Source: Camelus dromedarius (lineage: Eukaryota). Taken from it: a stretch of DNA of 64,000 bases. This document shows positions 13,101-26,391 of the stretch, piece after piece. Position numbers and translations under genes: made by a program. Location of the stretch: NCBI RefSeq assembly GCF_036321535.1, contig NC_087457.1:23498001-23562000 (forward strand). The letters run 5' to 3'. How positions within the stretch are numbered: the first letter of the stretch is position 1; each line of letters begins with the position of its first letter. The notes beneath the pieces were generated by a model, which saw only the letters and a list, made by a program, of their open reading frames with translations, had not been told where the DNA came from and did no database searches.

Positions 13101-14844
13101 TTAAATAAAAAGTATATGTTTCTTTAAATATAAATAAATATATTCGTATATGTAATACGTTTAATAGTAAGCTTACTTTTTTTAAACACACATATTATGA
13201 GTCTGAATCAAGAAAATGGGGATGCTTTTTGTAGATATGAGAAAGGTAAAGGAGGGAATTTGGGGTTTTCCTATCTTAATGAGAACAAACATGAGAAAAT
13301 GACTTTAGGAGATACTTATAGAAAAAGAAAAAAATTCAGGAGATACTAAGAAGGAGTCAAGAATGATCTCACAATTTCAAACTGGTCAGTTGAAAAGATA
13401 ACAAAACTAATAACTGCTAACATGAATTGAATAATTGCTAACATTAATTGAGACCTACCATATTCAGGATAGTATTTCACTTTACATGAATTAGTTCACT
13501 TATTGATGAGTAATGATGATGGAGATGATGGTTATAGGAGTCAGAAATATTCCAAAATTTATAGATGATAGCCATGTATATCTATCTCTGGTTCCAAAAT
13601 CTTAAATTTTTTTCCTGTTAACTATCTTATAGCATCAACTATTTTACTTTTCATTTTATTTTTTGTAATTTTCAGGTTTTGGTTTCTACTTCTTTCCTGA
13701 AGTATAATACATTAGTTTCTTAATTGTGATATTTTCGTACTTAAGTTGCTTCTGTTTCTCTAGTGATAAAGTTGTATTTATTAGACATTTTACAGGGTAA
13801 AATTCTATTATGCTATTGCATTTTACTTAATGTAGCTAAGAGTTTCATGCAGAAATTGTTGCTTCTCTTTGTTAAAAGTTATTTTAATGATTATCACATT
13901 CCCTTAATTTTGTCCCATGGACTTTTTTTTTCTTGTATGCATGCATCATTGATTTTTTTATGCAAATAAATGGGATAATTAGGTTAATAGACAAGACATT
14001 TGCAAGTAAACTTTTAAGAGATGTATTTAGTTGCACATTAAACATGGGTGCATAAATACTTGACTTTTTTTCATGAGAGTTGACTTTCAGTGTCTCTTTT
14101 AGAAGGGCACTCTTCAGATCCCTTCTTATCTCCGTGACTCTATGATAGATACAGTGCAAGCTGTTAAGTGTTTTAGTGTATCTAGTAATACAGACATTGA
14201 CTAAAGAACTTTATACCCTGACACCCACTTGACAAGACATTCTGCTTTAAGTTGTATGGTTAAGGTCCAAATACTCATCTTATTCCAAGCCAGTTCATTT
14301 TTCTAGTTTATCTAGGTTTAGGAAACCAAGAGTGTCATTTTCCTTTCCTCTTTACTATCTGTCTTCAGTAACTCTCCAACGGAGTAATTAGAGTTCTTGT
14401 TAGTAAAAACTGGAAGATTCTTTCTCTTCCTAGTGATGCCATCTGCTAAACAGAATGTTTTCCTGTAAGAGAGGAAAGTAGTTTCTTCTAATACTCTGGA
14501 ATGGGGGGAAACCGTTACTTTGTGACTATCACATTCAAGTGTCTAATAGAAAAATCATAGAGAAGAATAACTTTTGAAATGGAAAATAGGTCTGATTATT
14601 TAGGAGAAGGGTGAAACTGACATTTGGGAAACATCATTTTATGGGAAGTAGATGAATCTGTATCTCGATATGAATTTAATTCCTGCTACAATTAACTGGA
14701 TAGAATACTAGTTATGGCAATCTCAAATCATAACAATGCTCACAATTTTAAATGAATATATATCTTTAGAATACTGAATAGAGATGTTGAGGGAAATAAT
14801 GATTTGTTAAGAGCAACATGATATTATATAATGGAATATATATT

Positions 14845-14995
14845 CCACAGTAGTTAAAATCTTGGGCTCTGAGGTTAAACAGAATTCAGTTAAGATCTTG
14901 ACTTCGTTTCTTATCAGCAAACTGCTTTAATTTTCTAAACCTCAATTTTGTTTTATTTAAAGTGTGAATGATAATACATAACTTGTAGAGCTAAT
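14845..14995 (+). mobile_element. MIR SINE fragment
   Basis: 'cagtagttaaaatcttgggctctgaggttaaacag...ttttctaaacctcaattttg...taaagtgtgaatgataata'. Confidence 0.8.
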
Positions 14996-15673
14996 GCAAG
15001 AAACTGTTCCCTCAGTGGAAATGTATAATATTTATGGAAGATAGAATTGATAAGAATAGAATTGGGAATAGAATTGATAAGAGAAAATAAAATAGCTCTT
15101 CCAAAAAAAAAAAAAAAGAAAGAAAAAGACATGAAAACACTATGTCTTACATGAGTAAAAGAGGATATTCATAAAATTACTAAACCTGGAGTGAGAAGAA
15201 AAAGATCTGGAGGGGAAACTAGACAGTCAGGTCAGTGGGTTAAAGAAAGGCAATCAGATCACCTGGATTAATGAGGACATCCCATCCCTCCACTCCATCC
15301 CTTCACACTAACCTGCAGTGACAGCTGAGCTGGACCACAGATTTACAACCCAGAGCTGCACTGGAAAACAAGAAAACATCTTGTCTGGAGAGGGCTCCTA
15401 TAGCAAGCTGGGGGAACAGTGAGAGAAGCAGAGCACAGTAAGTGAATGGTAAAAGTGGTAAATGGGAAGAATTTAACTAGAGAACAACAACAAAAAAAGT
15501 GTCTCTGTTCTGGAGAACAGCGTACTCACCACCCCACACTGAATAATGGAGCCTGGTCAGAAGCCTACCTACCACTTCACATTCACCTTTTCAAAAGACA
15601 CTGTATAAACATGGTAAACCAAGAAATAGAAGCAGGTTATTTAGTTACATATATTACAGCAGTATGTCGTATG

Positions 15674-16160
15674 TGTAGCGTTCCATCTTTTGAATTGCTT
15701 TTTTATATTTGGAGCATTCTCACTTTTTTATTCCTCATAGTCACCCCAGTAGAAACAAGAAACCCAATTCCCCAGCCTTCCTGGCAGCCAGGATGCTAAA
15801 ACGTGACTTAATTTCCACCTTGTACTTAACACCAACATGAGACATGGATTCCGAAGAAGGAAAGACAAGGAAACAATCTGCTTGGCAGAGGACAAGGGAG
15901 AGCTAAAGAACTTTTAGTAGCAGTAGAGGCAGATGCCCCAGTGTCAGCTGTGCCACTGACCCAAGGACTAGGGATTTATCTGATTAACCTGCAACTCGGC
16001 CAGTGAGACAGTTTTGGAGTTGTTCCTCCCTGGATAACTTCAGCTGATTCTTGGGCCCTCCTGGGGATTATGTGTACTAATTTGAATTTTTAAAATGTAT
16101 TTTCTAAATAAAGTAAAGAATGTGTTCTGTTGCTTTCATCAATGAACCCTACATGGTATA
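15674..16160 (+). mobile_element. ERVL-family LTR (LTR16/LTR33-like)
   Basis: TG start, 'ttccccagccttccctggcagccagg...gtgac', and a 3' end 'aaataaag...tgtgttctgttgctttcatcaatgaaccct'. Confidence 0.7.
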
Positions 16161-17245
16161 GTAATAGACCTCAGAGGAACTGGGAACAGGAGCTTGGTTA
16201 TCATGTCATAGGATGGGACTCTGGTAGTCTGTAACACTCAGTGGCAAATTGGAATCTCTGAAGTCATGTCTGCAGGGCATGAAGAATGACAGGACTGTGA
16301 CATGTGCTAGCTATGTCTAACTGGAAATAAATTAGCAAGAGTAAAACTTTAAAATCTCAGTGTAAAGTATAGTTAAAAATCGGTGTTGCAGTGACCCTAC
16401 CATTATATTGTTTGCACAGAAGATCTGCATAAGAACAACAACAAAAAAAAATCAAAGCCAGATTATTGATTGGGAAAGAATGAGGAGCTGATGACTAGAA
16501 TGGGAACGTTTGGGCAGATTAGTCAGAATAACCACAATTCCTGGGCCAATCTTGCCTTCCTTATCAGCAGAAGCAGTCTCTCTTCCTCTGTCTTATGAAA
16601 TTGTTCTTGACTTTACTGAAAATCTTATGGTAGGAGAAACAGCCTGGTAAGAGAAACAACTCTGCGATTTCTCCTAATGTGCTATCCAACCACACCTCAT
16701 TGCTTCCAATTCAAGCATGCCCCAAGGAGTCAATTACTGAGTCAAACCTGGGCAATGGCTGGGACAAGAGCAGACAGGCAAATATTTCACTGATCTTTAC
16801 TATCAAACAGTCTGTGTAATGTATGTGGGAATGCTTCTTAGGCTGCTCATTCTCCCTCAGTTGGTTGGGGAAAGAGAAGCATAGCATCTGGCTGGGCTGG
16901 ACTTAGCAGCATGGGATCCCAGACTCCCTTCAGCTGCTCAGGCAGCTGAGAGTGCTTCAGCTTCCTCAGATTGTGCTGCATCCTAGATCCAGTAGAGGCC
17001 TGTAACAAATGATGATGAAGGGCCATTTGTACCTTGAAATAATTCACAGGAAGGATTTTGACAGTGGCGAAATATAGACATATTGGAGTAACCCACTCCT
17101 CAATTCCTTCTCTATATCCTTTACTAAAGCAGTGAATAAAACATTGGTGTTGAGTGGCAGACAGTGATAGGAATTCTCTGTAGGTCAGGGGTGATAGTGA
17201 GAATGAAGATCTAGAGATGGGATCAGTCCAGGAGAATCTGGGCAA
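16161..17245 (+). mobile_element. Degraded ERVL internal (leader/gag-like) sequence
   Basis: Follows the LTR directly; motifs such as 'tttactatcaaacagtctgtgtaatgtatgtggga' resemble ERVL-int. No intact sense-strand ORF. Confidence 0.55.
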
Positions 17246-17249
17246 TTTT

Positions 17250-17545
17250 TAAACACAGATTTTGAAATTCATCCTTCTGTAGCTGCTTCCTTTCCCCTCT
17301 AATATTCCAGTCATTTTGTCAGCTTGCACCTCTGTCGCCTGAAGCTTGAAATCAATAAAAATGTAGCTTTCTGCCACTCTGAGATGTCTAGTTTGGATAG
17401 TGCCATAGGCAAAAAGCTGCAAACATGCAGATCTCACGCAGGGCAACTGTCTGCCAAGGGTGGCCTTATTTCCAGTTTTAGTCTTAATTTTGGTTGTTTA
17501 CAGTGCCCTCAAATAACTATTTTTTTTAACATTTTATACAGATTT
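17250..17545 (-). mobile_element. L1M 5'-end fragment
   Basis: 'gtagctttctgcc...ggcaaaaagctgcaaacatgcagatctcac...cagtgccctcaaataactattttt' resembles the antisense L1M 5' UTR. Confidence 0.65.
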
Positions 17546-17546
17546 T

Positions 17547-17700
17547 GTGGGGATTATCTGCAAGTACTACTGTTGTATAAAAATTTAATCCAAAATTTAA
17601 CAGCTTAAAGCAACACTTTTTATTGTGCTCATTGAGTCTTAGTTCAAGAATGAAGACAAAGCATAGTAGTTATGACTTGTCATCTGTACCATGACTTTCT
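17547..17700 (-). mobile_element. MLT1 (MaLR) LTR fragment
   Basis: 'ctgttgtataaaaatttaatccaaaatttaacagcttaaagcaacacttttt' is the antisense MLT1 3' end. Confidence 0.65.
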
Positions 17701-17704
17701 AAAT

Positions 17705-17930
17705 ACAAGATCATGTCATCTAAGAGTAGAAATGTTTTGCTTTTTCCTCTCCAATCTAGATACCCTTTCCTTCTTTTTCTTGCCTATTTTCCCTGGCAAG
17801 AACCTCTAGGATAGTGTGTAGACTAGAATAGAAATGCTCAGAATAGACGTCCCTGTCTTATTCGTGATCTTTGAGGGAAAGCCTTACTATTTCACCATTA
17901 AGTGTGATGTTAGCTGTGGGGATTACAGTC
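17705..17930 (-). mobile_element. L1 ORF2 reverse-transcriptase fragment
   Basis: The minus strand reads PTANITLNGE and, after a frameshift, FPQRSRIRQG, matching L1 ORF2 [25 protein letters not shown]. Confidence 0.9.
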
Positions 17931-17959
17931 AATATTTATTCTACCAATTCTGTTATTTG

Positions 17960-18782
17960 TTCCAGTTATGAGTCAGTTTTGAATGATTTATTTTTTCCTC
18001 ATGGGTGGTATAATTTTGTTTCTTTAATGTCTCATAATTTTTGTTTGGATGCCAGACATTGTAAATTTTACTTTTTTGGGTGCTGGATAATTTTCTAAAA
18101 ATTCTCTTGAGCTTTGTTCTGAGACAGCTCATTTACACAGAAAGATTGGAGTCCCATCAGATCTTGCTTTTTCAGCTTTGTTTGAATTTAGTCTAGGGCT
18201 ATTTTTTTCCGCATTACCAAGACAAGACCTTTCTGGGTATCGTATTCAGTGCCCAGTGAATTACAAAGTTTTCTAGCCTGGTTGGTGGGAATAGGCACTC
18301 TTTCCACTCCTCTTTGTGTTTCAGCTCTTATTGCTAGTGGTTCCTTTTATGGCCTTGCATGGTTTTCTTATATACATGTAAGCAGCTAAATATATAAGGC
18401 ATACTTTATGAAGATTTCTAGAGTTCTATCTTTGCAGCTCTCTCCTTTCCAGTGTCCTGTCCTGCAAATTCTAGCTGTCTTGGCCTTTCCAGTCTTCCAG
18501 GAGTATGTCTCCTCAACTGTGTGTGTCACTTGCTGGTCTTCATTTGTTAACTCCCTTCCCTGCATTTCAGCCTAGAAACCCTTCCAGGCAGGAAGCGAGG
18601 ACGAGTGCAGGGCTCATCTCAATTTTTTCTTATCTCTTAGGGATGACTGTCCTTCAGTGCTTAATGTCCAATGTCTTGAAAAATGTTGTTACATATATTT
18701 TGTCTATTTTTTATTTGATTCAGGGAGGAGGATAAAGTTGGAACCTTTTACTCCATCTTGGCCAGAAGCAGTTGTCTTTTAT
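17960..18782 (-). mobile_element. L1M 5' UTR/ORF1 fragment
   Basis: 'ccttccaggcaggaagcgaggacgagtgcagggctcatctc...tttactccatcttggccagaagca' resembles the antisense L1M 5' terminus. Confidence 0.8.
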
Positions 18783-18829
18783 GCACATTGAAGTTTGAGA
18801 ATCATAATTATGTGGATTTGGGGGCCTCA

Positions 18830-18975
18830 GAGCTCTGGTTTGAGTTGTGAGCCTGCCACTCAGTCACTGATGCTCTTAGGCAAGTTACTGAATCAGTCTG
18901 TGCCTCAGTTTTCTCATCTGTAAAATGAAATGGCAGTACCTACTTTGGGAGTTTGTTGAGTTTTAGGTGAGAGGA
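18830..18975 (+). mobile_element. MIR SINE
   Basis: 'ctctggtttgagttgtgagcctgccactc...cttaggcaagttactgaatcagtctgtgcctcagttttctcatctgtaaaatg'. Confidence 0.92.
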
Positions 18976-21900
18976 AGTCAATGAAAAGAAGCTTTTATTA
19001 TACTCTATACTATTTTCTATTGTTTAAATTTTTAATGTCGAAAGTTAATGCATGTATTAGAATACAATTTTAGAATAAAGTTTTAAAAACCTTTAAAAGC
19101 TAGTTCTGTACTTAGTTGCTAGCAATATAGAAGTCAACAGGCAACATTCTCCATCTTCCCTAATTCTACACAACATGCAATTGGCAACACATCTTTAATG
19201 GTCGTAGACTGTTGTCATAATATGATAAGTAATATAGATTATTTATAAATATTTAAAATAATAATTTAGAAATATTGTTCACTAAGGTAATGGAAGTGAA
19301 TATTTCTTAATTTTAATTGTTCTGGCTCTATCTGGCAGTTTATATAAACAGTAATATAAAAAACAGTATTGAATTTATGTAGCGTTAAATTTCTCAGATG
19401 GGCAACGCATGAATGTAGTCCCTAAGAATTACTTTAAATTCATTTAATTTCTTCAAAACAAAAAAGGCATGAATAATTAAATGAAAATATGTTTATTTTG
19501 AATTATATAGAGGTATAAAGCATATAATAAATCTTTTCTGCAAATGACCCAAATTTAAAAATAAACTAGTTTTCTTTGAAGTTTTAAGGCAAAATTTACT
19601 CTACCATATGCTTATAATATCATTCTGGGGGCAGAAAAAATTAATCTTAACATGTACTAACTTGCCATTTCTTACTATTTTGGTAAAACTTTTGATTTAA
19701 AGTAGTGAATTAATTCAATTCAAGCATAATCCTGTGTTACAACAGATTTAATCAGTAGCATTGTATACATTTTAATTTTCTGCTTTCTTAGCTTAAGATT
19801 GGAATGTCAATAGTGACATGCTAGGAGGATGTGATAATGACTTACAAACCATCTTACAAATATGTAACAATAAAGTGTTATAAAAATAAAGACTCATTTT
19901 TATACTTTGAGACACACAAATTATCCCACTCCTGTTATCAGGAATTAGCCAAATAAGTGTATTAGCAAACAGATGCTTGGTTAATAATGAGAACAAGGCT
20001 ACCCTTTGAAGAACTATTCCTTAGAAATATTATGACACATGATGAGCTCATGTTGTATATATTACGAAAATCTTTCTGACTGCCGTACCCAGTGTTATGG
20101 TATTAATTTCTTAGAAAGAAATACTGTTCTTATGTTTTCCTCTAAGTGAGATATTGACTATTTCCCACAAAAGAAGTATACTTTTACTTCTATTCTTTTA
20201 CTCCGTGTGACATAATATTCAGAAATACTTCAGCATCAAACGCAAAAAGTCGGGAACATTTTATTTTTCGCCACTTATTCTGACTAAATATCTGATGAGA
20301 TCCTTCTGTTTCTCATAAGCTGGGAAGTAGGACTGTGGGGCTTGCTGTGAAAGGATGACAAGTGAGTTTCCACGAGCCCATTTGTGCTGTATGATGGCTG
20401 TGGTCCCCTGTAGGAGTTGCTTGGCTGAGAAGATGAAAATATGGTCAAACATAGAAAGTTGCTGGATCCTGGAGATCAAAGTGCAATCTTCCGTGTGACT
20501 TGCATGCCTACATTAGAGTATCTGGTAATTTGTCTTCTATCCTGGACCTCTGGGTACTTGCGGTAGGAGTTTGGGAGAGGGCATGAGCAAGAAAATGATA
20601 TGGTGCTGTGCGTGTGTGACTTTTGTAGTAATTTACATTAAATCCATTTCTGTCTAAAATACATTTTCCTGTGGTTCATTTGTGATAGCAAGAGACGTCT
20701 GTGTAAATGAATGGCATGGTACATGTGACTTAGTGATGTCGATTGCCCGACAATGTATAATTGAACAATATTACGACTGTCTGAACACCTGGAGCAGCAC
20801 TCCCTTACACGTAGTCTAACCAATCAGTTGTCCTTATAACAATCTCAGTGATTTCTCTGGCTCTTTTTTCTTAGGTTAAATCAGGAAACTTGGTTCTATA
20901 AAAGAAAAAATGTATGTGACATAGATGTACAATTTAAAACAAAACCAAAGAGCCTACATATTTGTGACTAATGAAGCCCTTCCTGACCCTCTAGCGTAGG
21001 CAGACAGATCAACGTGATGCAGCAATGCAGCACATTTGCCTTCAAAATTTGTGTTTTTCTCCCCTAAAAAATAGGCAGCTAGACAAATGTCCAGTTAACC
21101 TATGTTATGCTCCAAACCTGTTGATGAAACTTCTCTCACTCCTTTAGAAATATTACTGCATGAAGAATCCTTTACATGCTCCAGATTTAGCATTTTTAAC
21201 TTGATAGGTAAGTTTGTAGCCCAAATGAAAAAGGGCAAGAAAAATTACCTTTGCGTTACATCCTGAAGGGATCCAAGTTTAATCCTGGCCTCCTAATAAA
21301 ACCTGTAATAGAAAAACTGAGCTATACCATAAGTTTCTTGTAGAATCCATCATCCAAATAAGACTTTTTTTTTTTTCTGCTTTTGCTTCATTCCTGTGCT
21401 GAATGTCTTGGTTCAGAGACAGATTGTGTCTACTGTAATAGATTTATAACATAGTAATATGAATAGATGCTCTAGTGATGTCTGTTATCTTTGATTTTAG
21501 ATTTATGCATTAGCTCCAATATTTTAAAGTGATTTTTTTTCTTTCTCTCCTAAGAGACAAATGATCAGTGCTAACCCATCACAGACAACTAGAGACACCA
21601 GTGGTCTCCCATAATAAATTGGAAGGGGTCCCAGATGCCTGATGAAACACTCTCATTCTTTCTAAGAAGTAGTCATAGCCACAGGCTAGAGAAAAATCTT
21701 TACTTTTTCAGCCTATATCTCTGCTACTAAAGTATGTTGTGGGCATAATGAGTCTGTTTCTAATAACCAAAGGGGTACTGAGTCTGTTTCTAATAAGCAT
21801 AGTTCTAGAATAAAGCAAGAGCCAAATAAAATGCCAAATGAAATTATAATTACGATGAAACACCTTTCTAAATGAAGGTGGATTGGATCATTTAGAAGCA

Positions 21901-24154
21901 AGCTTTGAACACTTTACAATTTTTAAACTCTTCAGATTCTACCAGAGATTTGAACTCTTCACTCATGACTGGCTTGCAGCCTGGCAGTTTTGTACCCAAA
22001 GGTGTGCAACCTTTCAGGTGCAAGTTGCAAATTAAAATTGTGGTTTGAGAAATAAGAGGTGTGTTTATAGTAAACAGGTGGCTGCTGTTCAAAAGAGAAT
22101 TGCTGGGGACTCTTTTATGACCATTCTGATGTTGGGACATATTAAGTGGAGCTTGTCACTTTTCCATCTGCTGTAGACAACTGCTAGAGGCGGAACCCAT
22201 TTAGGAGGTGGTACGCACCATGCAGCTGCTCCACCGTGTCTCATAAATAAATAACCCAATCATGGCCTCAGTCTGTTTTATTAAGCCCAGTTTGTGAGGA
22301 TTGGGTTATTGTTCTCTTAGGCAGTTGTCCACAATGTATGACTTTCAAAGAATTTTTTGGATATGATTCTTTAAAGATTAACTTGATGTTAACAGAAAAA
22401 TTGTGAGTTGCATTTTGGGTTTATATTTGTTTGATTATACTTCATCTAAATGAGTAGGCTTGATAAAAAGCGCTTCCTTGGGAAATATAATGCCCATTTG
22501 TCATGCAGGAACTCTGCTCACTTGCTTTAATCTCCCCTTGGACACACTTAAAGAGTTTTTATCTCTAAAAGAAGCAGTTTGGTAGAATGTTCTGTTCTCT
22601 GCATACATCATTCAACTCATTTACTTATTGCTATATTACTTTGTGATTCACAGATAAAAGAACATTAAAACAGAGGTACTATTTAGAAGTTTTTGTCTTT
22701 TTTTCCCAGTTTGATGCTTTATCAAATGAGATAGTACTGAAAAAACAAACAAAAAAAGTATCTCTTTTTGTAGATATCAAACTATTTTATTTAACTTTTA
22801 ACAGTTTGCAAATCCTGACTGTTTTGCTCTGAACCACATGTCTTGCTATAATAAGCTTGGTGATTGAGGATTTTTTTTCCCCTCACTGGGTCTGGATTAC
22901 ATTCAAATCATTGTATAGATTAAATGACATTTAGTACATATGATTTGTCTATGAAATCCTTAATGTTAGAAATTTTGACTTTTCTTGGCAGAATGTTCTC
23001 ATCTGTCATGATGTCATTGGCTGATAAAACACATAAAACCACCAAGTCTAGTAATGTCTTTGGGTTTCCAATACGTTTGGTAGCAAAAGGATTCTAGTCT
23101 CTGTGTACTTTTGAGGCTCACAGTATGTATCAGGCAAAGAGAGGTTTATTTGTCACCAGGAAAACATTGAGGAACTCATGAAGCATGCGATGTCTAACTG
23201 GGTCAGAAATTAAATAGTGTAAGTGGTTTTGAGTAGCCTTTCAAAGTCACCCATGAGTCTTTCCCCTTCATTCCCACCATATATAACTGTCAAAATACAG
23301 TATGTGTTTAGGAAAGATACATGTTTTGGTAGAGTAGACAAATGTCTGATCCTTTCCAGAAATTATGAATCTGAAAAATGCTTATCAAGCTAATTAAGCC
23401 AATACATTCAATTCAGAAAAGCAGAACAAAATGTTTAATAGTTTGATAGCTTGCTGAATTCTGAATAAGATGAAATAAGCCATGTATTTGAGAGACTAGA
23501 GTTGAAAACTGAAAGATCTTTGGGAGTTGAGGCGAACATTGGTAGATAGAACTTTAAAGCTCTGCCATTTCATCATTTGCTGTTTAACAATTGAGAGATC
23601 TAAGCATGTCTTTAACAGACAGCTTTTATAAATGATGATCTTTGCTTTGTTATTCTTTGAAGCAAATTGCTGAACTATTGGCTTTACACCCTACATCCCA
23701 GAATTAGTTTCCTCCTATGTTTGATAGTTTTATCATCATTTAAATTGCATGCACATCTCTAAATGGTTTTAAGACTGTAAATAGTTACAGTATCATAGCT
23801 GCATTGAATTTCAAAATAGTATTGTAGTTTTTGAGCAATTGCTAAAAATGTTATACTTGTATCCCCTTTTTTAATGTATTTACATGATGCTGACTTTCCT
23901 CTGATTTTTTTCCTCCACATTTTTGATGTTTTGAAGTGAGAACTAAAAAATTTGACAAAACAAGTGGTATTTTAATCTCATTTCAAGTTTAAGTTTATGA
24001 GAGTGAAAATGATAAAGAATAGATTTGGATTAAGCAACTGTCTATGTAGAAGATGTCAAATAGCAAAATTTGGTTATCTGGACATGAACTTTGAGTATTT
24101 ATAAAATGATAAATATATGGCAAGAGTTAGAGATACATTCTATTGTGAAGAAGT

Positions 24155-24326
24155 TGTTAGAGCAGGCAGGTAGCTAGATATGAGCAGAGAAAGGGGGACA
24201 TCTGCCCGCTCTTTGCTTAAGAGCATACTGCCTATCCCTTAATAAATCCTTGCTTTGCTTTCTTACTCTCCGCGTCTTGTATCTGAATTCTTTCTGTGAC
24301 AAGACGAGAACCTCTCGACCCCACCA
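24155..24326 (+). mobile_element. Short ERV1-class solo LTR (MER61-like start), internally deleted
   Basis: TG...CA termini, AAGT target-site duplication (24151-24154 and 24327-24330), AATAAA at 24241-24246, and U5-like 'ctgaattctttctgtgacaagacgagaacc'. Confidence 0.85.
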
Positions 24327-25790
24327 AAGTCACTTTGTAAAAATCTTACACCTACTTTGCAGAACACAGAACAATTGGTAGGGCTGTGCCTAGTAATTTT
24401 CAAGAACACACTATAAAGAATTTAGTCTCAGATCATTTGAGAAAGCATGAAATTTTAACAAAAGGAAATGAATATGATGTATTTAGTAACAGTAATACAT
24501 GTTGAGATGAGAGTTTATGGTATCTTGTTATAGCAGCCTGAGCTAACTAAAACAATTACGTATTGTCCTCCCACAAACAAGATTATAAATTACGTTGGGC
24601 CAAGGATTTTTGTTGCTTAAGACCTAAGGAAGCTTTTTATTGTTCTTCATATTTCACAAACCTCAGTTCTTTTTAGAGCTTTTGATTTCCAGACACTTTT
24701 ACAAAATTCTAACCATTGTTTTATATGTCTTTGATTTTTTGGTTTATATTCATCTGTATGTAACAAAGTCTAATTTAAAAGGAAGATCTTGATGCACTTT
24801 GGTTTCTTTACATACTTTTTTTTTTCTCACTGGAATTATATGAAATTGTAAATATTATGCTTTTGAATAGCTTCTCATTTGCCTTGAGCTGACTAACTAT
24901 GGAAATCTTTTCTTCTGAAGACAACTTTCTGGTCTGAGTTACGTATCTAAACATATCTTTCCTCACTTAGGCAAATTCCAAGGTCTCCCAACATACTTAG
25001 CATTTATATTTTAACAAAAAGTTCTTATTAGCTTAAATTAAGTATGAAAGAGAAGTTCCCTTCATGTTTCCACTAACCAAAAATGAAATCTTCTCAAAGC
25101 TGGGCAGACATCCCTCATGCGCTTGGTTTTAGAAGAGTCGGGTATTCGGGAGTATTCTGAATGTCTGAAGTCAGCCATCAGCATGATATTTTCCCTGTTT
25201 CGTGAACTATATTAGAAAAGCATTAAGCTTCTCCTCCATCTAGCTAGGTGGTCTCTAGTATCATCTCACAACACTACCGTTCATCACGGTCCTTCATTCG
25301 GAACCTGTCTGCTACAGATCTGCACGTATTTGTATCTCCCAGCCCTGCTTCTTCTAGGACAGATTCTTTTAAAAAATTATTTTATCCTTTTGCTGGCATA
25401 TCATAATCATGATTTCATGAGGGAGACTTTTAGCCCTGATGATACTGATTTGGGAATGTTTGAAGGAAGAAATTGAATAAATATGAGCGAAGAGAACATT
25501 TTCTTCCCTCTGCACAAGTTTTGTTCAGTGACCAAAAAACGGGTGGGTTGAAAGAGAAGAAAGAAAGGGAAAAAGAGAGAAACTGCTCCTGTCTCCCCCA
25601 CGATCAGTAATATACATACACACATGTGGTTCTTGTAAATCATGTTAATTGACAGCTAGAGGTGAGAATTCCTTGATTTTAAGTTGAGATTGTGGAACAC
25701 TGTGTAATCACAGGAAAATTATCGTGCATATATTATGTCTTAGTAGCATTAAATAAGTTATAATAACTAATATTTATTGTGTAATGTGTA

Positions 25791-26125
25791 CAGCCCTCCC
25801 TGGGTATCCACAGGGATTGATTCCACGACCCCCTGCGGATAACAAAGTCCACAGATGGCCAGTCAAGTTCCTTACGTAAAAAAGCATAGTATTTGCATAA
25901 ACCTACACACATTCTAAATTATCTCTAGATTACTTATAATACCTAATATGATGTAAATGCTATGCAAATATTTGTAAATACAATGTAAATGCTATGTAAA
26001 TAGTTGGCTCAGCAAATCCAAGTTTCACTTTTTGTAACTTTCTGAAACATTTTTTTCTGAATATTTTCCATCTGCCATTGGTTGAATCCATGAGTGCCAA
26101 ACTCACAGATGCAGAGGGCCAACTG
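25791..26125. mobile_element. MER2 (TcMar-Tigger) MITE
   Basis: 'ta|cagccctccctgggtatccacagggattgattccacgacc...tggttgaatccatg...gatgcagagggccaactg'. Confidence 0.92.
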
Positions 26126-26169
26126 TGTATGTCAGAAGCATCACATGCACAGCTTCATTTCATAGTTAA

Positions 26170-26340
26170 AACATTGTATAGACAATATTATTAGTACCCC
26201 CTGCCTCCAGTTCAGATGTGATAAAACTGAGGCCCAGCAAAGTTAAATTACTTGCCCTGAAGTTCTGTACTTAGTAAGAGGTAGAGACAAATCCTAACCT
26301 ACATTATTTGATTTCAGAGCCCATATGCTTAAATGCTCTA
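26170..26340 (-). mobile_element. MIR SINE
   Basis: 'cagatgtgataaaactgaggcccagcaaagttaaattacttgccc'. Confidence 0.85.
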
Positions 26341-26391
26341 AGTGCAACTCCACTTTGTGAGTGTGAATAGTGGAGAGCCTGTCACGTATGC

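Noticed and set aside
16847-17245. Longest ORF in the track (132 aa, minus strand)
   Set aside because: It lies antisense within degraded ERVL internal sequence and has no recognisable domain.
21749-21796. 18-bp direct repeat with a 30-bp period; similar small duplications near 4596-4646 and 15041-15082
   Set aside because: Only two copies; ordinary slippage duplications, not a CRISPR-like array.
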